A DNA stretch of 64,000 nt from SAR202 cluster bacterium (GTDB lineage Bacteria > Chloroflexota > Dehalococcoidia > Lucifugimonadales > Australimonadaceae): positions 3,118 to 67,117 of the forward strand of contig VGZX01000003.1 in NCBI GenBank assembly GCA_016872415.1. The letters are read 5' to 3'. Under the pieces are notes generated by a model, which saw only the letters and a list, made by a program, of their open reading frames with translations, searched no databases and had not been told where the DNA came from. Below are positions 1-9,266 of this stretch, piece after piece. Position numbers and translations under genes: made by a program. The stretch's first letter is position 1. Each line of letters starts with the position of its first letter.

Positions 1-2
1 GG

Positions 3-977
3 CACGATGGCCGGTAACACGACGATTACCGTGATCTGGTTCGCCTCGCGCTCGGTGGGGGTGACGGCCCCGAGGGCGCCCATGAGCGTGGCGAAGAAAG
101 CGTAGCCGAGCAGGAAGTAGAGCAGGCCAACGACGATGGCCGCGGGCGGGACAGCGACCTCGAACGGCAGATCGACGCGGGTGCCAAGGACGGCGAGGGC
201 GCCAATGGCGCTGGCCGTCCAAACCGCCATCTGCGTGAGGCCGGCGGCGCCGAGCCCAATGAGCTTGCCCGCCATGAGGTTCTCGGGCCGCAGCGACGAG
301 AGGAGCACCTCCATGATGCGGTACTCTTTTTCCTGGCTGAGGCCCTGGAGCAAGTATCCGGCGGTGGTGAACACCGACGTGAGCAGCAGCAATGCGAAGG
401 CGCCGAGGATGACCAGCGTGCCGAAGTCGGTCGCCGGTTCCGCTGGCGCGCCGGTTTCGTCGATCTGCAATGTAGACAGCACCACCGGCGTGAAGACCCG
501 TTCGGAACGGTTGGAATCGATGTCGGCCAGGATGTTGTCGAGCAGGAAACGCGCGAGCGGGGTGCCGGTCGCGGGGCCGCCGTCGATCGGAATGCCCTGG
601 CTCTCGCGCGTGACCTGCAGCACGTTGCCCGTTTCGAGGTAGTCGGGCGCGATGATGTAGAGCACGCCGATGTCGTCGGCGAGGAGCGCCTCGACGCCTT
701 CGCGCTGGCTCGAGAAAGGCTCGAACGTGGTTGCCCCCTGGTCTCGAAAGCCGGTGAACAGGCCTTCTCCATCGGGGCCCGCCGTCAGGTCGACATAGCC
801 CACGACACGCTGCTCCGGCGGCCGGTCCTGCCGGATGGCCTGCACGACGGTGAGGGCGATGAGGCCGAGCAGCGCGGCGAAGGGCACGAGGGCGGTGAAG
901 ATGATGAAGCCGGGGCGCGCGACCGTCGTACGGAACTCGCGGCGGGCCACCAGCAGGGTGCGATTGCGCCTAGCCAC
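3..977 (-). CDS. ABC-2 type transporter permease (NatB-like), partial; runs off the window start
   Basis: Not in the ORF track. Manual translation from GTG at 977: MARRNRTLLVARREFRTTVARPGFIIFT...SQEKEYRIMEVLLSSLRPENLMAGKLIGLG. The EK..R..EVLLSS....L..GK motif is typical of ABC-2 permeases. Overlaps the stop of the upstream ABC ATPase. Confidence 0.85.
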   Translation of the reverse strand, partial: MARRNRTLLVARREFRTTVARPGFIIFTALVPFAALLGLIALTVVQAIRQDRPPEQRVVGYVDLTAGPDGEGLFTGFRDQGATTFEPFSSQREGVEALLADDIGVLYIIAPDYLETGNVLQVTRESQGIPIDGGPATGTPLARFLLDNILADIDSNRSERVFTPVVLSTLQIDETGAPAEPATDFGTLVILGAFALLLLTSVFTTAGYLLQGLSQEKEYRIMEVLLSSLRPENLMAGKLIGLGAAGLTQMAVWTASAIGALAVLGTRVDLPFEVAVPPAAIVVGLLYFLLGYAFFATLMGALGAVTPTEREANQITVIVVLPAIV

Positions 978-1884
978 GGCGGTCGCGCACCATCCGCAAG
1001 AAGATGTCCTCCAGGCTGGGCATCTCGACCTCGAACCGCTCGATGCGCGCGCCCCGCTGAAGCAGACGCGCGAGCACCGCCTCGGGGCGGATATTTCGCA
1101 GCAGCCGCATGGAGTAGCCGCCACCATCCCGCTCGATGCCCGTCACGCCGTCGTCGCCGGCCGGTGGCGTGTCGGTCACCATGAAAAGCCGGTCGCCGCG
1201 AAAGCGCCGCTTCACGTCAACCAGAAGATCGTCGAGCACGACGGTGCCCTGGTCGATCATGATGACGCGGTCGCACAACTCCTCCACGTCGGTCATCTGG
1301 TGCGTGGAGAACAAGGTTGCGGCGCCGCGCGCCTGTTGCTCGCCAACGACGGTCTTCATGAGGCGCACGTTCACCGGGTCGAGGCCGGAGAACGGCTCGT
1401 CGAGCACGATGACGTCTGGCTCGTGGAGGATGGTCCCGGCGAAGGCGATGAGCTGCGTCATGCCCCGGCTCAATTCCCTTACCTGCTTCGCGCGGTGCGC
1501 CGTCATGCCAAGGCGGTCGAGCAGCACATCGGCCCTCCGGCGGGCGTCGTCGCGCGTCATACCCTTCAGCTCGCCAAGGTATTGCAGCATCGGGATGACG
1601 CGGACATCGCGGTAAAGCCCGCGCTCCTCGGGGAGGTAGCCGATCGCCTCCTGCGCTTGCTGGTCCAGTGGGCGGCCGTCGATCGTCACCGTGCCGCGGT
1701 CGGGCCGGAGAATGTTCAGCACCATGCGGATGCTGGTGGTTTTGCCCGCGCCGTTCGGGCCCACCATGCCGACGATCTCGCCGGGGCGAATGCGAAACGA
1801 CACGTCGCGAACGACATCACGGGTGCCGAACCGTTTCCAGAGGCGGTCGGCGGCGATGGCGTCGCTGGCCGAGGCGGTGGTCAC
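970..1884 (-). CDS. ABC transporter ATP-binding protein
   Basis: Walker A GPNGAGKTT, signature LSRGM, Walker B VIVLDEPFSGLDP, H-loop STH; C-terminal PSLEDIF. Confidence 0.95.
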   Translation of the reverse strand: MTTASASDAIAADRLWKRFGTRDVVRDVSFRIRPGEIVGMVGPNGAGKTTSIRMVLNILRPDRGTVTIDGRPLDQQAQEAIGYLPEERGLYRDVRVIPMLQYLGELKGMTRDDARRRADVLLDRLGMTAHRAKQVRELSRGMTQLIAFAGTILHEPDVIVLDEPFSGLDPVNVRLMKTVVGEQQARGAATLFSTHQMTDVEELCDRVIMIDQGTVVLDDLLVDVKRRFRGDRLFMVTDTPPAGDDGVTGIERDGGGYSMRLLRNIRPEAVLARLLQRGARIERFEVEMPSLEDIFLRMVRDRRG

Positions 1885-2021
1885 GAATGTCTCGCCATTA
1901 CCATGAGGCTGCGTAGGTTACCAGAGGCGCCGCGATGGCGCACCCCCCGTCGCGACGAAATGGAACCGCGCGGCTGCTAGGATCGTCTCCGTCATGGAAC
2001 ATCGCACTCGAGGTATTGGAC

Positions 2022-2451
2022 ATGTCGCGGACCCTGCCGATGGCCGCATTGCTCGTGTTGGGGCTGCTCGCGTGCAACGCCCAGCCCACGCCAACCCCCA
2101 CGCCGGACCCAAATGCCGCGCTGCGCGGCGGCGTGCTGGCGACCTTCGACGTGACCGGCAACCAGTTCAAGGCGTGGGTCACGAACGACGAGACGATCGA
2201 CGAGCTGCTCCGTTGGGAGCGCGGCGAGCGCGAGTCGGGAATTCCGAATGGGAAGGTGCGGCGCGGGCGACCATAACACGCCCTACGACTGGCACCTCGA
2301 TCCCGAGGAGACGGAGATCGCCGACGTGACCATCGAGCTGTGCGATAGCTCGCCGGTCTACGTGCAGGAGCACTTGGACGAATGGATCGAGACCGTTGGC
2401 CGGTATTGCCCCTGGGGCGCCGAGCTGGTGAGCCTGCGGGATTTCCGGTGA
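2022..2451 (+). pseudogene. Predicted lipoprotein (BP74-related domain), frameshifted near 2258-2272
   Basis: ATG 2022 with GAGG upstream; lipobox-like LGLLAC and a PTPTPTP linker. The frame reading GIPNGKVRRG continues in the next frame as AGDHNTPYDWHLDP...IELCD...YCPW to the stop at 2451. Span of 430 nt is not a multiple of 3. Confidence 0.6.
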
Positions 2452-2601
2452 GCGCGCCACATCGCCGGCCGGCCGACGCGGGCGCCTGGCCGCGACGGAT
2501 TTAGGCGGGGTTTGGGCAACCGAGGTGCCGTTTCGGCGATCGCCACCGTGTCGCATCGGCCAGCGACGCGCTCTGTTATGGTTTCGTGGGGAGGTAAGGG
2601 C

Positions 2602-3549
2602 ATGCGCGTGTTGGTGGCTGGAGCGACCGGGTTCATCGGTGGCGCGTTGTGCGCCGAGCTGGTGGCCGCCGGCCATGAGGTCGTGGTGCTCTCGCGCGAC
2701 GCCGCATCGGCACGGGCAAGGCTGCCCATGGTCGCCGGCGCGTTCGCGTGGCCTTCCCCCACGGCGGCGGCGCCGCCGCCGGACGCATTCGACGGTGTCG
2801 ATGGCGTCGTCAATCTCGCCGGCGAGCCCGTGAGCGGCCGGTGGACCGATGGGAAGAAGCGCCGCATTCACGACTCGCGGGCGCTGGGCACGCGGCATCT
2901 CGTGCAGGCGATGGGGGGCTTTGCCCGCCGCCCGCGCGTGCTCGTCAACGGCAGCGCGGTGGGGTATTACGGCAACCGGGGCGACGAGGAGCTCACCGAG
3001 GCGAGCCCGCCGGGCGAGGACTTCTTGGCCGGCGTGTGCAGGGACTGGGAGGCCGAGGCGCGCCGGGCGGAGGAGCTTGGCATGCGTGTCGTGCGGTCGC
3101 GCACGGGCCTGGTGCTCGGCAGCGACGGCGGGATGTTACGGCCCATGCTGCCGCTGTTCCGCTTCGGCCTCGGGGGGCCGCTGGGTGACGGCAACCAGTG
3201 GTGGCCGTGGGTGCATCGGCGCGACGTGGTGGGCATGGTGAGGCTGGCCTTAGAGGACGACCGGATCGCGGGCCCGCTGAACGCGACCGCGCCCAACCCG
3301 GTGCGCCAGGGTGTGTTCGCGAAGACGATGGGACGCGTGCTGGGCCGGCCCGCGCTCGTGCCCGTGCCGGCATTCGCGCTGCGGCTGGTGTTGGGCGAGT
3401 TCTCGGCGGAAGTATTGAACAGCAAGCGGGTGCTGCCGAGGGCGGCGTCGCGCGCCGGCTATCGGTTCCACTTCGCCGACCTCGAAACGGCCCTCCGCGA
3501 CGCGCTGCGAAAGCCAGCGCGCGTCACCTCCTCGGCGGCGCCCCCGTAG
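2602..3549 (+). CDS. TIGR01777-family NAD-dependent epimerase/oxidoreductase
   Basis: GGAGG RBS; N-terminal MRVLVAGATGFIG Rossmann motif; VNLAGEP, SAVGYYG, W(P)WVH..D, GPLNATAPNPV motifs. Confidence 0.9.
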   Translation: MRVLVAGATGFIGGALCAELVAAGHEVVVLSRDAASARARLPMVAGAFAWPSPTAAAPPPDAFDGVDGVVNLAGEPVSGRWTDGKKRRIHDSRALGTRHLVQAMGGFARRPRVLVNGSAVGYYGNRGDEELTEASPPGEDFLAGVCRDWEAEARRAEELGMRVVRSRTGLVLGSDGGMLRPMLPLFRFGLGGPLGDGNQWWPWVHRRDVVGMVRLALEDDRIAGPLNATAPNPVRQGVFAKTMGRVLGRPALVPVPAFALRLVLGEFSAEVLNSKRVLPRAASRAGYRFHFADLETALRDALRKPARVTSSAAPP

Positions 3550-4388
3550 CCGCCACCGCGCCCGGCGCCGGCCAGCGACAGCTCGGCGATCCGCGCGAAC
3601 AGGCGCAGCGGCGCGGAGAGGTACTTGTCTCGCCGGAGCACGACGCCATAGGTAGTGCGGCCGCGAAACTCCGGGGGTATGACGATCGCCTCGAGGCGGC
3701 CTTGGTCTTCTTGCGTGAGGCAAATGCCGGAGGTGACGGCGATGCCGAGCCCCAGCCGCACGTAATGTTTCAGCGCGTCGGTCGTGCCGAGCTCGAACGC
3801 CACGTTGAACGGAAGCCCGAGCCGCTCCAGCGCTTGCGCCACGCGGCTGTGCGCGGGGTCGCCGCGCTCCGGCACGATCAGCGGGTAACGCATCACGTTC
3901 TCGCGAGTGAGCAGGTCGGTGAAGGCCGGCTTGCCCAGTCGCAGCAACGGATGGCCGAGCGGCACCAACAGGTAGGCGTCGAACGACTTCCATGCGTGGA
4001 AGGCCAGGCCGCCGTCGACTGGGACCTGCGACACGATGCCCAGGTCGGCCTCGCCCGAGCGCACCATTTCCAGCACCTCGGGCACGCCGCGACTGACGAT
4101 GCGGAGGCGCACGTCGGGGTGCTCCTGCATCATGCGTTGCACGACGGACGGCAGCAGATACCGCAGCGTGGCCTCCTGTGTCGCGATGGAAAGTGCGCCG
4201 CCGCTCGCGCCGGCAAGCAGCTCTTCTTGGAAACGGCGCAGACGGTCGAACAGCGACACCGCCATGTCCACCAGCTGCCGGCCGACGGGGGTGAGCCGCA
4301 ACCGGCCGCCGGGCGCCTCGTACAGCTTGTGGCCGACCTGTCGCTCCAGCGCCGAGGTGAGATGGTCGACGAACACCGGGGTGGTCAC
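3459..4388 (-). CDS. LysR-type regulator (CysB/CmpR-like effector domain) with a truncated N-terminal HTH
   Basis: LERQVG..L....RLRLTP.GRQL linker helix followed by a LysR substrate-binding domain (LPSVV...HPDVRL, GEADLGI, GLGIAV). GTG start with GGAGGAG RBS overlaps the upstream stop (GTGA). Confidence 0.75.
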   Translation of the reverse strand: MTTPVFVDHLTSALERQVGHKLYEAPGGRLRLTPVGRQLVDMAVSLFDRLRRFQEELLAGASGGALSIATQEATLRYLLPSVVQRMMQEHPDVRLRIVSRGVPEVLEMVRSGEADLGIVSQVPVDGGLAFHAWKSFDAYLLVPLGHPLLRLGKPAFTDLLTRENVMRYPLIVPERGDPAHSRVAQALERLGLPFNVAFELGTTDALKHYVRLGLGIAVTSGICLTQEDQGRLEAIVIPPEFRGRTTYGVVLRRDKYLSAPLRLFARIAELSLAGAGRGGGYGGAAEEVTRAGFRSASRRAVSRSAKWNR

Positions 4389-4993
4389 GCGCGCTCCTCC
4401 GTGGCTGGGATGTCCGGCACGCCAACCGCGCGTCGCGGCCGCGGCAGGAACCGCCCGGTCCGCGCCATGTACGCACGGTACGCGGCGCCGAGCTCCGATG
4501 AGGCCAAGCGGCGCTCCTCGCGCGCCGCCGTGACATTGAGGGCCACGAACCCGTAGGCAGCGGCGGCAAGTGCCATCGGTTGCGCACTCGCGAGGAAGGC
4601 GCCGGCGAGGGCGAGCAAGAACGCGGAATAGAACGGATGCCGCACGCGGGCGTACGCGCCGTGCATCACAAGGTGCCGTGGAGCGTCGTCATCCTGATGC
4701 CACAGCGCGACCGGCCGGCGGTGCGTGCCCAGCGTCAGCATGATGAATCCGACCGAGGCCGTGGCGAGCGCGACGCCCGCCGTCTCGATGGCACCGTGCC
4801 GCCAGAGGCGCGGCGCGAGCCAGGTGTTGACGCCGGCGAACGAGATGACGGTCGCGGCGAATGCCGTGAAGAATGGCAGCGCCGTGAGCCACCACCGGAG
4901 GTTGAGCCGTCCGCCTTTCTCGAAGAAGACCCGTGGCAATGAGCCGATCAGGGCGAAGTTCATGACGACCACAGTGAACGCCGCTGCGCTCAT
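4385..4993 (-). CDS. Isoprenylcysteine carboxyl methyltransferase/PEMT-family membrane methyltransferase
   Basis: Hydrophobic helices plus LV.HGAYARVRHPFY and REERRL....G..Y..Y...TGRFLP motifs; ATG 4993 has GGGAGG upstream (the ORF track starts at 5023). Confidence 0.85.
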   Translation of the reverse strand: MSAAAFTVVVMNFALIGSLPRVFFEKGGRLNLRWWLTALPFFTAFAATVISFAGVNTWLAPRLWRHGAIETAGVALATASVGFIMLTLGTHRRPVALWHQDDDAPRHLVMHGAYARVRHPFYSAFLLALAGAFLASAQPMALAAAAYGFVALNVTAAREERRLASSELGAAYRAYMARTGRFLPRPRRAVGVPDIPATEERA

Positions 4994-5286
4994 CGACAAG
5001 CCCTCCCGCGACGATTTCCCCATCCCAGGCGAGCCCGCCGGCAGCGCTCCATCGTTGGGCTCGCCCCAGCGCCATCATTCTTGGGCGTGTGGCAGCGCGA
5101 CGCCACGGCAAGACAGCGGGAGGCCCATAAGGAATGCATATGACCGGAGGCGGATGGCGCACCGAAGCGCGGAGCGAGGCCAAGGAAAGTGTCGGATCGA
5201 GGGAGTATCCGGACGGCTCGCGGCTAGGCGCGGCGCGTGAGCGCCGAGGCGGCGGAGCAGGCACGGGGCTGTTGACGGCTCCCGTC

Positions 5287-5362
5287 TGGTGGACCTGAGG
5301 GGACTTGAACCCCTGACCTCCTCAATGCCATTGAGGCGCGCTCCCAACTGCGCTACAGGCCC
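5287..5362 (-). tRNA. tRNA-Ala(GGC)
   Basis: Reverse complement GGGCCTGTAGCGCAGTTGGGAGCGCGCCTCAATGGCATTGAGGAGGTCAGGGGTTCAAGTCCCCTCAGGTCCACCA: 76 nt cloverleaf, anticodon GGC, encoded CCA. Confidence 0.97.
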
Positions 5363-5401
5363 ACGCAAGGGCGCTGGAGCATGTGCCCCAGCGCACCAGC
5401 A

Positions 5402-5411
5402 ATCATAGCAC
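5402..5411 (-). promoter_or_regulatory. Extended -10 element (TGCTATGAT) upstream of tRNA-Ala
   Basis: Forward aatcatagca reads TG-C-TATGAT on the minus strand, about 40 nt upstream of the tRNA 5' end. Confidence 0.5.
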
Positions 5412-5436
5412 CGGCAGCTGCCTGCTCACAACCGCG

Positions 5437-6855
5437 TCACAGCGGCGGGCGGCGCGTGTGCCAGTCCGTTGCGCCCTGATAGGCATGCGCCGCGCGTAGC
5501 ACAAGCGCGTCCTCGAATGGCCGCCCAACGAGCTGCAGCGAGAGCGGTAGCCCCTCCGCCGAGAACCCATTTGGCATGGTGGCCGCCGGCAGCCCCACGA
5601 CGTTGAATACTCGCAGCATGCGGTTGAACGTGTCGCGAATCGCCATCTCGCGTCCATCCCACGTGACCATGAGCTGGTCAATGGGTGGCGCCGGCGTCCA
5701 AGAGGCGGGCGTCGCCAACAGGTCGACCTGCTGGTAGACGCACTTGAGGGCACGGCCGAGGACGACGCGGGCTCGCATGGCATGCGGGTAGCTGGGGGCC
5801 GGCATGAAGAAGCCGCTGAGCATGCGTATGCCGACCGCGCGGTCGAACTTGTCGAAGTCGGAGCGCAGCCGGCGCCCGTACAGGGCCACGGCTTCGGCGG
5901 TGATGATGGTGCCGGCGATGGCGTTGGCCGTGGCGAGCTCGGGGATGTGGACCTCGCTGATGAACGCGCCGAGACGTCGCAGCTCGTCGATGGACTTGTC
6001 GAAGGCAGCCTCGACCTCGGGCCGCACCATCTCGCCGATCCATGCGCGGGGCACCCCAATGCGGACGCCACGGATGCCGCCGTCGATCTCGCGCATGTAG
6101 TCGTGCCGGGGCTGGTTGGCCGAGTAGGGGTCGAGCGAGTCATGGCCGGCAAGCGCGTTCATCGCGATAGCGACGTCTTGCGCGGTACGAGCCATGGGGC
6201 CGGCGTGGTCGAGCGACCAACTGAGTAGGTTCACGCCATGCCGGCTGACCAGGCCGAAGGTTGGCTTGAGGCCGGTGAGGCCGCAGAACGCGGAGGGGAG
6301 CCGTATGCTGCCGCCGGTGTCGGAGCCAAGGGCGAGCGGCGCGAACCCTGCGGCCACGGCGGCCGCCGAGCCAGCACTCGATCCGCCCGGCAAGCGCCCC
6401 GGCTTCCAGGGGTTCTCGGGAATGCCGTAGTGCGCGTTGCGGCCGGTCGGGTCGAACGCGAATTCGGTCGTCTTCACCTTGCCGATGGAGTAGGCGCCCG
6501 CCTCTTGCAGCTTGCGGACGGCGGTGGCGTCGGTGTCGGGCACGAAGTCGGCGTCCAGCAGCGAGCCGGAAGTGGTGCGGACGCCTGCCGTCCAGTAGAG
6601 GTCCTTCGTGGCGAAAGGGATGCCGTGGAGCGGCCCTTTGTATGCGCCCCGGGCGATCTGGCTTTCAGCCTCCCGGGCCGCGTCGAGGGCTTGCTCGGTG
6701 GTCTGGGTGATGAACGCGCCGACCCTCGGCTCGAGCTGCTCGATGCGTTGGACGAACGCTCGCGCCACCTCGACCGGCGAGACGCTCTTGCGCTGGATGC
6801 GTCGGCCAAGCTGCGCGACGGTGAGCTGCGTGAGGTCGTCGGTTCGGGTGGTCAT
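5437..6855 (-). CDS. Amidase-signature family amidase (not canonical GatA)
   Basis: ATKDL (Lys), GGSSAGSAAAVAAG, GSDTGGSIRLPS (Ser-cisSer-Lys triad), SLDHAGPM; no gatB in the window. Confidence 0.92.
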   Translation of the reverse strand: MTTRTDDLTQLTVAQLGRRIQRKSVSPVEVARAFVQRIEQLEPRVGAFITQTTEQALDAAREAESQIARGAYKGPLHGIPFATKDLYWTAGVRTTSGSLLDADFVPDTDATAVRKLQEAGAYSIGKVKTTEFAFDPTGRNAHYGIPENPWKPGRLPGGSSAGSAAAVAAGFAPLALGSDTGGSIRLPSAFCGLTGLKPTFGLVSRHGVNLLSWSLDHAGPMARTAQDVAIAMNALAGHDSLDPYSANQPRHDYMREIDGGIRGVRIGVPRAWIGEMVRPEVEAAFDKSIDELRRLGAFISEVHIPELATANAIAGTIITAEAVALYGRRLRSDFDKFDRAVGIRMLSGFFMPAPSYPHAMRARVVLGRALKCVYQQVDLLATPASWTPAPPIDQLMVTWDGREMAIRDTFNRMLRVFNVVGLPAATMPNGFSAEGLPLSLQLVGRPFEDALVLRAAHAYQGATDWHTRRPPL

Positions 6856-7061
6856 GCGCCACCCCCGCGCAGGTAGGCGTCAGGGTCGTTCGCGTCGATA
6901 CCGCTGGTGTCGATGGCCCACAGTGACTCGACGTTGCGGAGGAGCGTCCGCACCTCTGGGTAGAGCGCCTCCAGCAGATGCAGGTCGGAAGCGACGCCGA
7001 TCTCTCGCGCGTACCAGAAGAATGCTTCCTTGCTGAGCCCGCCGTCGGCTCCGGTCGTCAC
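6852..7061 (-). CDS. Small GatC/AtzG-like amidase partner protein
   Basis: 69 aa, stop overlaps the amidase start (ATGA); helical pattern; paralogous to 9267..9488. Confidence 0.65.
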   Translation of the reverse strand: MTTGADGGLSKEAFFWYAREIGVASDLHLLEALYPEVRTLLRNVESLWAIDTSGIDANDPDAYLRGGGA

Positions 7062-7126
7062 GGAACGCCTCCATGGTGAGAGTGGCCGCAGTATAGCGTT
7101 CTCGCGCGGCTGCGTGCGGTGCGATA

Positions 7127-7849
7127 ATGGTGGACGTGACAGTTCGCGCTATTGTCTTCGACTTCGACGGCACGATCTTGGAAACCGAGAGTCCCGCGTA
7201 TGAGAGCATGCGCGAGATATTCGACCGGCTTGGCGTGCCGTTGACCATGGACATCTGGGGCCGGGTCATCGGCGGCACCGCAGGCAAGTTCGACATCTTC
7301 GACTTGCTGGAGTCGCGCCTCGGCCGCATGCTCGACCGCGATGCCTTGCGCTCGGAGCAACGCGCGAAGCACCACGACATCGTCATGCGGCTGCAGGTGT
7401 TGCCGGGCGTGGCCTCGCACCTGCGCGAGGCCAAGTCGCGCGGGCTGAAGCTGGCGGTCGCGTCGAGCTCCTCGCGTGGCTGGGTGGAGGGCCATTTGGA
7501 GCGACTGGCGTTGCTGCCGCACTTCGATGCCCTGCGGACGCGGGACGACGTGGCGAGGACGAAGCCGGAGCCCGACGTGTACCTGGCCGCGCTCGCGGCG
7601 CTCGGCGTTGAGCCGCACGAGGCAATCGCCATCGAGGATTCGCCCAACGGCGTCACGGCGGCGCGGGCGGCCGGCATCTTCTGCGTGGCCGTGCCCAACT
7701 TGCTCACGCGCCAGCTATCGCTGGAGCATGCCGACCTCGTGGTCGAGACGCTGGAAGCGATACGCTTGGAGCAGCTGCTGACCATGGCGGTGGCGCGACA
7801 TGCCGCCGCGCGGGCAACGCTTGGGCCGGCGCTGCCGCCGACCGGCTAG
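7127..7849 (+). CDS. HAD-superfamily phosphatase (HAD-IA, beta-PGM/CbbY-like)
   Basis: FDFDGTILET, ASSS, KPEPDVY, IEDSPNGVTAARAAG motifs. Confidence 0.92.
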   Translation: MVDVTVRAIVFDFDGTILETESPAYESMREIFDRLGVPLTMDIWGRVIGGTAGKFDIFDLLESRLGRMLDRDALRSEQRAKHHDIVMRLQVLPGVASHLREAKSRGLKLAVASSSSRGWVEGHLERLALLPHFDALRTRDDVARTKPEPDVYLAALAALGVEPHEAIAIEDSPNGVTAARAAGIFCVAVPNLLTRQLSLEHADLVVETLEAIRLEQLLTMAVARHAAARATLGPALPPTG

Positions 7850-9264
7850 AGCTCGGGCTTCCGCAGGTGATGGTCGGTCGCCTGCTGGAAGGCATGGGCG
7901 GCGCGTAGCACCAAGGGGTCGTCGAACCACTTGCCGGCTAGCTGTAGGCTCAACGGCAGCCCGTCGCGCGAGAACCCAGCCGGGAGGGAGACGGCCGGCA
8001 CCCCGTTGATGTTGTAGATGCGCATCATGCGGAGCACCAGCTCGACGTGGTGCACCTCCTTGCCGCGCACCGTCACCAACTTTTGGCCGATAGGGAACGC
8101 GGGCACGAGGTTCGCCGGTGTCGCCAGCAGTTGGTAGGTCTGGAATACCTGCGCGAATTTTCGACCCAGCCCGCGACGCAGCCGCTGCGCGTGGACATAG
8201 GCGGTCGCGGGAACGAAGAAGCCCGTCTCGATGCGCCGACGGATGTCTTGGTGGTATTCCTTGGCGTGCGCCTTCAAGCGGTCGCGGTGCATCTCCGCGA
8301 CCTCGACGCCGCTGATGACCGGGAACATGGCGTCGGTCTGATCGAGCTCCGGTATCTTCACCTCCTCGACCCTTGCGCCGAGCGACTCCAACGTCTTGAG
8401 CGCGTTGAGGAACGCCGTCTCGACCTCGCCATCCCACAGCGGGCGAATGTAGTCCCACGGCACGCCGACGCGCATGCCGTCGATGCCATTGCGGATGCCG
8501 CGCGTGTAGTCGGTCTTCGGGCGCTGGACCGTCGACGCGTCGCGTGGGTCATGGCCGACGAAGACGTTGAGGGCGATGGCGCAGTCCAGGGCGGAACGGG
8601 TCATGGGGCCGACATGGTCGAGGCTCCATGAAATGCCGGTGACGCCGAAGCGGCTGACGAGGCCGAAGGTCGGCTTGATGCCCGTGATGCCGCAGCTGGC
8701 TGACGGCATGCGGATGGAGCCGCCGGTGTCAGTGCCGATGGCGAGCGGCACCACGCGGGCGGCGACCGCGGCCGCGGAGCCGGTGCTGGAGCCGGTCGTC
8801 ACGCGGCCCGTGTTCCAAGGGTTGCGGGCGTCGCCGAACCGGGCGTCGTGCTCGATGCTGCCGTAAGCGAACTGGACGGTGCTCGTCTTGCCGACGCCGA
8901 TGGCTCCTGCCTCGGTGAGCCGGGCGACGACGGTGGCGTCCTCGGATGGAATGTGGTCCTTCTCGAAGTAGGCGCCGGACGATGTTGGCACGCCCTTGGT
9001 CGCCACCAGGTCCTTCACCCCAAGCGGGATACCGTGGAGGGGGCCGCGATACTTGCCGTTCAGGATCTCGGTCTCGGCGGCGTGCGCGGCGGCCATCGCG
9101 CGTTCCGGCGTGAGCGTGATGAAGGCGTTGATCTTCGGCTGCAACGCCTGGGCGCGAGCCAGCGTCGCCTCCATCACCTCGACCGGCGACACCTGCTTCG
9201 CCTTGATGTGTTTGCCCAGCTCGGCGATGGACATGTCGGTGAGCGATCGAATGGCGGTCGTCAC
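7846..9264 (-). CDS. Amidase-signature family amidase, paralog of 5437..6855
   Basis: GVKDL, TGSSTGSAAAVAA, GTDTGGSIRMPS, SLDHVGPM; same length (472 aa) as the other copy. Confidence 0.92.
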   Translation of the reverse strand: MTTAIRSLTDMSIAELGKHIKAKQVSPVEVMEATLARAQALQPKINAFITLTPERAMAAAHAAETEILNGKYRGPLHGIPLGVKDLVATKGVPTSSGAYFEKDHIPSEDATVVARLTEAGAIGVGKTSTVQFAYGSIEHDARFGDARNPWNTGRVTTGSSTGSAAAVAARVVPLAIGTDTGGSIRMPSASCGITGIKPTFGLVSRFGVTGISWSLDHVGPMTRSALDCAIALNVFVGHDPRDASTVQRPKTDYTRGIRNGIDGMRVGVPWDYIRPLWDGEVETAFLNALKTLESLGARVEEVKIPELDQTDAMFPVISGVEVAEMHRDRLKAHAKEYHQDIRRRIETGFFVPATAYVHAQRLRRGLGRKFAQVFQTYQLLATPANLVPAFPIGQKLVTVRGKEVHHVELVLRMMRIYNINGVPAVSLPAGFSRDGLPLSLQLAGKWFDDPLVLRAAHAFQQATDHHLRKPEL

Positions 9265-9266
9265 GG

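Noticed and set aside
5437-9264. Calling the amidases gatA and the small genes gatC
   Set aside because: No gatB adjacent, two divergent copies, and the GatA-typical GGSIRQPA is absent.
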